The notes under the pieces: model-generated
The model's input: only the letters and a program-made list of their open reading frames with translations
What the model was told of the DNA's origin: nothing
Database searches by the model: none
Shown here: positions 47,790 to 51,684 of the stretch, in pieces
Layout of the letters: each line of letters opens with the position of its first letter
Position numbering within the stretch: position 1 is the stretch's first letter
Origin: a virus
Lineage: Duplodnaviria > Caudoviricetes
Virus record (IMG/VR): IMGVR_UViG_3300032046_000036
Location: 1 to 51,684 of that record
Length of the DNA stretch: 51,684 nt
Direction: 5' to 3' (one strand)
Translations under genes and position numbers: made by a program

Positions 47790-48749
47790 CTACAGCAGAT
47801 AGTTTACCGAGCGTAATTTACGGTCATAACGGCAACATCGCAAAACTGGAGAGGCGGTGTTCGGAGATTTTATATATTTTATAATTCTTTTTGCTATCCA
47901 TTCGGCAACAGGCACACTAACCGCATTGCCTATAACTATTCCTCGCACAGAGTCCAGTTTGTTGTTGGGAATCCCTGTAATCTCTCTTTTTCTGTCGGTG
48001 TTAGTTTCCGTAATATAAGTGTCTTGCCATATAAAGGAAGCGTTGCCTCGTTTTCCTTGGTTGACAGTATTGGCAACGACTGTATTCCATTCGTTTCGTA
48101 ATGACCAACCTTTGTCCCCGTAAGATTTTGCTGTAAGGGTGTTAACTTTTGCGATAAGGTTTTCTCCGAATCCGAATTTACGCAACCGCTTATCATCTGC
48201 TCTAATTGTGTTAGCGATATACGTTTCAGCCGTTGGGTCTTGTCTTTCCCCGTCTCTTGCAGAAATACATAACCCCCTCTCCCCCATTTTTTGCTTCTTC
48301 TTATCATCCCCGCCACCGCCTTTTGGCTCAAATAATATTTCGGGTGGACAGATTTTTCCAAGACATCCGACAATGAACACTTTCTTGCGTCTCTGGGCAA
48401 GTCCGAAATATTGACTGTCCAGTAATCTATAAGACCACCCATAGCCGCTTTGGGCCAGCGTTTGAAGAACGATTGCCATATCCCTGCCTTCGTTAATGGA
48501 AAGGAGTCGGGGAACATTCTCAATAAGTAACCATTGCGGGATAAGTATGTTGACAATCCGCATACACTCAAAGAAGATAGAACTTTTTTCGCCTTTAAGA
48601 CCCTTGCCTTTTGGGTTGGCGTTTGATATGTCCTGGCAAGGGAATCCGAACGCAATAAGGTCAAGATGTCGGTATGTTTCGGGACTTTCGGCCAGTGCTT
48701 TTTCAAGACTTTCAAAGCATACGGCATTATTTCCACTTGACCGATACAT
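47790..48749 (-). CDS. C5-cytosine DNA methyltransferase subunit B (motifs IV-VIII and X)
   Basis: GFPCQD, ENV, QRRKKVF, GNAVSVPVAEWI; AGGAGG 6 nt before ATG. Confidence 0.85.
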   Translation of the reverse strand: MYRSSGNNAVCFESLEKALAESPETYRHLDLIAFGFPCQDISNANPKGKGLKGEKSSIFFECMRIVNILIPQWLLIENVPRLLSINEGRDMAIVLQTLAQSGYGWSYRLLDSQYFGLAQRRKKVFIVGCLGKICPPEILFEPKGGGGDDKKKQKMGERGLCISARDGERQDPTAETYIANTIRADDKRLRKFGFGENLIAKVNTLTAKSYGDKGWSLRNEWNTVVANTVNQGKRGNASFIWQDTYITETNTDRKREITGIPNNKLDSVRGIVIGNAVSVPVAEWIAKRIIKYIKSPNTASPVLRCCRYDRKLRSVNYLL

Positions 48750-48817
48750 TCAAATCCTCCTCTTTCTATCCCTAAGTCCATTCCTCCGCAACCGGAACAT
48801 AAACTAATAAATTTCAT
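47936..48817 (-). CDS. C5-cytosine DNA methyltransferase subunit A (motifs I-III, beta-like region, IX)
   Basis: SLCSGCGG, VEI, HTDI, SLSDVLE...KYYLS, RKLTPTEKERLQGFP. Confidence 0.85.
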   Translation of the reverse strand: MKFISLCSGCGGMDLGIERGGFECIGQVEIMPYALKVLKKHWPKVPKHTDILTLLRSDSLARTYQTPTQKARVLKAKKVLSSLSVCGLSTYLSRNGYLLRMFPDSFPLTKAGIWQSFFKRWPKAAMGGLIDYWTVNISDLPRDARKCSLSDVLEKSVHPKYYLSQKAVAGMIRRSKKWGRGGYVFLQETGKDKTQRLKRISLTQLEQMISGCVNSDSEKTLSQKLTPLQQNLTGTKVGHYETNGIQSLPILSTKENEATLPLYGKTLILRKLTPTEKERLQGFPTTNWTLCEE

Positions 48818-48860
48818 TTATCATCTGCGTCCAGTCGGTGATTTCGTTAAGTTTTAGCAT
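48804..48860 (-). pseudogene. Truncated copy of the 47351 MTase N-terminus (MLKLNEITDWTQMINEIY*)
   Basis: Direct repeat of 47307-47356; overlaps the C5-MTase start. Confidence 0.7.
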
Positions 48861-48922
48861 ACCTTAAATTTGAGCATTATCTATTTGCCTCGTAAAATGC
48901 TTCCGCAAAACCTTGTGGCATA

Positions 48923-49081
48923 TCATCTTTCCTTTTTCGGCACAAATCCAGGACTTGCGATAGAATATTTTCCACCCTTATCAGTTACAATTTTTACGAT
49001 AAAATCACGGCATCCACCTTCTTTAATTCGTTTGACTAAACTATCAATGAGTTTCATCTCTTCAACTGATAGTTTTTTCAT
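48923..49081 (-). CDS. Small hypothetical protein (52 aa, below the ORF-track cutoff)
   Basis: AAGGAGG RBS then MKKLSVEEMKLIDSL...PGFVPKKER*. Confidence 0.55.
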   Translation of the reverse strand: MKKLSVEEMKLIDSLVKRIKEGGCRDFIVKIVTDKGGKYSIASPGFVPKKER

Positions 49082-49094
49082 ATTAGCCTCCTTT

Positions 49095-49505
49095 CTACTT
49101 CTTGAGGTAGCCGTCTATGACCGCTTTGGCTTCCTCAAACCCGTGGCAACAGACGGCAAGATAACCTCGCTGGTTAAGTTTCTTCAGCCAGTCCTCTTGG
49201 ACAGAACTAAGTTGTTCTTTATCTATCTTTAGTTCAAGGAAAAGACTGGCATATTTTGTCCATTTATAATGTCCCTCCGCAAAAATCATTAAATCCGGAG
49301 TTCCAGGGGTATAACCCATTTTCTTTGCTTTACCGCCGGTTCGGGAATTTGTAATAAGTCCCCCCGGAGATATAGTAAAAAGCACATCAGGATATTGAAG
49401 TCGTAAATAGGATACTACCGCCATTTGTAGGTGTTGCTCATCGTGGCGTGGCTTCTTCTCCCGTTTCTCGTGTTCGTAGATGCCGGTTCGTGGGTTAAGT
49501 TTCAT
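49095..49505 (-). CDS. VRR-NUC nuclease
   Basis: E..LQ, G..PGTPDL, LFLELK, S..Q..W...L...GY. Confidence 0.85.
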   Translation of the reverse strand: MKLNPRTGIYEHEKREKKPRHDEQHLQMAVVSYLRLQYPDVLFTISPGGLITNSRTGGKAKKMGYTPGTPDLMIFAEGHYKWTKYASLFLELKIDKEQLSSVQEDWLKKLNQRGYLAVCCHGFEEAKAVIDGYLKK

Positions 49506-49518
49506 ATTTTATCCCCTT

Positions 49519-50154
49519 TCATTTGGTTTGATTTAACAACCCAAGTCCGTAATTTAATATCTTAAATTTCGTTGCCTCGTTAGTTGCCGCCGCATAAGCC
49601 GCATAAACCGCCTTAGCCGCATAAGACGCCGCCTTCTTAGCCGCATAAGGCGCCGCATTAGCCACCGCATAAGACGCCGCCTTAGCCGCATAAGCCGCCG
49701 CCTTAGCCGCATAAGACGCCGCATAAGACGCCTCATAAGCCGCATCAGCCGTATAAGCCGCATAAGACGCCGCATAAGCCGCATAAGCCGCATCAGCCGC
49801 ATAAGCCGCCGCCTTAGCCGCCGCATAAGCCGCCTTTTTATTTTTCGCTGACGGATTCTTAATACATTTCTTCGCCGCCTCTATCGCCTTTCTGGGACGG
49901 TCATCATCAGGATATTTGGTTTCATATAGGTTTATTACCTGTTCTGCGGCATAGACTGCATATGATACACAATCGTGATAAGTCATAATCCGCACGATGA
50001 ACCAGTTCGCCCAATCATACTTTTCAGCCTTCATCATTTTGTCCAAAAGGGACAGTGAGTCCCTTTCTTTTTTGTCCCACCACTCAATCGCTTCCTGACA
50101 AGGTGTATTCTTTGTAATCCATTTATCAGTTATTGACTTTATTATCGGTTTCAT
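49519..50154 (-). CDS. Ala-repeat, Imm5-like protein paralog 2
   Basis: YPDDDRPRKAIEAAK followed by AAYAA repeats. Confidence 0.8.
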   Translation of the reverse strand: MKPIIKSITDKWITKNTPCQEAIEWWDKKERDSLSLLDKMMKAEKYDWANWFIVRIMTYHDCVSYAVYAAEQVINLYETKYPDDDRPRKAIEAAKKCIKNPSAKNKKAAYAAAKAAAYAADAAYAAYAASYAAYTADAAYEASYAASYAAKAAAYAAKAASYAVANAAPYAAKKAASYAAKAVYAAYAAATNEATKFKILNYGLGLLNQTK

Positions 50155-50173
50155 TTTCGGTCTCCTTTCCTCT

Positions 50174-50419
50174 TTAGATAGTTACAAATTCACCATCTTT
50201 GGTTAGTCCATAATATCCTTGTATTTCAGGCAATCCATAAGCAAGAGCCAGTCTATGACATTCCTTTTTGGCATCAAATGTTGCTTGGTCTTTTCTTATT
50301 CCTTCGCCACAAGAAAAAACAATCATAGTCTCCCCTTGTTGCCACCCTTGAGTTACTAATCTAATTAGTTTTTCCTTATCTTCCTTTGTTACAAATACAC
50401 CAGTCTTATTCATTTTCAT
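50174..50419 (-). CDS. Hypothetical protein
   Basis: RBS, operon packing. Confidence 0.6.
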   Translation of the reverse strand: MKMNKTGVFVTKEDKEKLIRLVTQGWQQGETMIVFSCGEGIRKDQATFDAKKECHRLALAYGLPEIQGYYGLTKDGEFVTI

Positions 50420-50427
50420 TTTTCCTT

Positions 50428-50733
50428 TCATTTATCGGGGTTATATTTTACAATTAACTTATTTATATCCTCTGTCCACTTAGCAAGATTAGAGGGGTCA
50501 ACCTTTAAGTCGTGCAAATCGCTTACAATCTCGGCTTTTATCTGTTTGCATAAACCATCAATATATTTTGTTACCCATTCTTTTGTTGCCAAGTCATCCA
50601 CCAGTTCGGCTTCTATTTCTATATAACCCCCTTTCAGCGTTTCGGGAGGATATACTTTAATATCTGATTTAATCCCGTGCTTTAGAAAATAATCCAGTAA
50701 ATCGTCTATATGAAATCTAACTTTAACCTTCAT
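50428..50733 (-). CDS. Hypothetical protein, KVKVR paralog 2 (mosaic)
   Basis: N-half matches 886-1236; C-part shares a segment with 162-515. Confidence 0.75.
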   Translation of the reverse strand: MKVKVRFHIDDLLDYFLKHGIKSDIKVYPPETLKGGYIEIEAELVDDLATKEWVTKYIDGLCKQIKAEIVSDLHDLKVDPSNLAKWTEDINKLIVKYNPDK

Positions 50734-50745
50734 TTCTCTTTCCTT

Positions 50746-50940
50746 TCATTTGGTAGGGATTAAAATCCCCGATAAAAAATCCAATAATCTTTTGGCATCT
50801 CTTTTAGAATAATAAACCCAAGTAACACCCTTCCTATCCTTATTATATTCTTTTGACTGCAAACAAAGAGAACGCTTAAATTCTGTTGACCAATAGAACG
50901 CCCGATTTCCGTCTTTCCATTCTTTACGACTCATCCCCAT
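50746..50940 (-). CDS. Hypothetical protein
   Basis: AGGAG RBS. Confidence 0.55.
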   Translation of the reverse strand: MGMSRKEWKDGNRAFYWSTEFKRSLCLQSKEYNKDRKGVTWVYYSKRDAKRLLDFLSGILIPTK

Positions 50941-50963
50941 CTCCTTTCATTTTACTTCTCCTC

Positions 50964-51155
50964 TCATTTGATAGGTAATTCAATTTCAACAAGAAGTTCT
51001 TTTTCTACTTCTCCTGTATAAGATATAATCGCTTCTTCTTTAGTCTTCCAAAACCCTGTAGAAAACCATTGGGAGGTGTGGGGATAACAATAAGCCAAGA
51101 GATAATACTTCATTGTTGGGGGTAACTCTGTAACCGTTGCTTTTATTTCATCCAT
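50964..51155 (-). CDS. Hypothetical protein
   Basis: AAGGAG RBS. Confidence 0.6.
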   Translation of the reverse strand: MDEIKATVTELPPTMKYYLLAYCYPHTSQWFSTGFWKTKEEAIISYTGEVEKELLVEIELPIK

Positions 51156-51167
51156 TTTCTTCTCCTT

Positions 51168-51684
51168 TCATTTGGTTTGATTTAACAACCCAAGTCCGTA
51201 ATTTAATATCTTTAATTTAGTTGCTGCCATATTAGCCACATCAGCCGCCTTAAACGCCACATCAGCCGCCTTAGACGCCGCATAAGCCGCATCAGACGCC
51301 GCATAAGCCGCCGCATCAGCCGCCTTAGACGCCGCATCAGCCGCCTTAAACGCCACATCAGCCGCATCAGACGCCGCATAAGCCGCATCAGACGCCGCAT
51401 AAGCCGCCGCATCAGCCGCCTTAGACGCCGCATTAGACGCCTTAAACGCCACATAAGACGCATTAGCCGCATTTTTATTTTTCGCTGACGGGTTCTCAAT
51501 ACATTTCTTCGCCGCCTCTATCGCCTTTCTGGGACGGTCATTATCAGGATATTTGGCTTCATATAGGTTTATTACCTGTTCTGCGGCATAGACTGCATAT
51601 GATACACAATCGTGATAAGTCATAATCCGCACGATGAACCAGTTCGCCCAATCATACTTTTCAGCCTTCATCATTTTGTCCAAA
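51168..51684 (-). CDS. 3' part of Ala-repeat, Imm5-like protein paralog 1 (starts at 165 across the junction)
   Basis: Near-identical flanking domains to 49519-50154 with a different Ala repeat block. Confidence 0.85.
   Translation of the reverse strand, partial: LDKMMKAEKYDWANWFIVRIMTYHDCVSYAVYAAEQVINLYEAKYPDNDRPRKAIEAAKKCIENPSAKNKNAANASYVAFKASNAASKAADAAAYAASDAAYAASDAADVAFKAADAASKAADAAAYAASDAAYAASKAADVAFKAADVANMAATKLKILNYGLGLLNQTK

Noticed and set aside
48660-48690. C5-MTase as a simple frameshifted pseudogene
   Set aside because: A single chain would need three frame changes, both frames stay open for 814 bp, and frame B has its own AGGAGG.
1544-49232. Plus-strand ORFs in the track
   Set aside because: All are antisense to convincing minus-strand genes or the tmRNA and lack recognisable motifs.
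49554-49826. Arg/Leu/Met-rich ORFs (also 51212-51499)
   Set aside because: Alternate-frame shadows of the Ala-repeat DNA; no RBS.
49580-49835. CRISPR array
   Set aside because: Units are 9-12 bp codon repeats with no unique spacers; the Cas4-like gene is stand-alone.
51627-51684. 58-bp terminal repeat as a physical direct terminal repeat
   Set aside because: It falls mid-gene and looks like assembler overlap. It also occurs internally from 49990, so circularity is supported by the restored gene but not proven.
1-51684. Stop-codon reassignment
   Set aside because: Core genes are full length under the standard code and all three stop codons end genes.

Overview
Apparently complete, circularly assembled ~51.6 kb tailed-phage genome (bases 1-58 = 51627-51684), siphovirus-like: HK97-type head, long-tail module with lambda-like gpM/L/K/I-J tip. 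Essentially all credible genes are on the minus strand. In transcription order: early operon from a perfect sigma70 promoter at ~11190 (small genes, RadC/JAB, beta-clamp-like), Cas4-like nuclease and Gp3-like recombination protein, HTH regulators, iteron-containing replication initiator, 3D-domain enzyme, a duplicated/mosaic small-gene region spanning the junction, VRR-NUC, three DNA methyltransferases, SSB, ParB-like, terminase, a complete tmRNA, head genes, a five-gene glycosyltransferase/methyltransferase block, tail genes and membrane/lipoprotein genes. I recognised no integrase, CRISPR array or reverse transcriptase. Most notable: (1) a C5-cytosine methyltransferase split over two frames overlapping by 814 bp, motifs alternating between them and an internal AGGAGG start; (2) a 17-nt hairpin core present twice, once overlapping the terminator in front of the head genes and once over the terS start codon, near a DUF2292/YezD-like small gene, a candidate late antitermination system; (3) two unrelated promoter leaders whose terminator-like hairpin encloses an anti-RBS sequence; (4) a phage tmRNA with a short tag, preceded by an unknown ~100-nt hairpin; (5) methyltransferase cassettes with shared ends but unrelated interiors. 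All product calls come from motif recognition by eye, not database searches.
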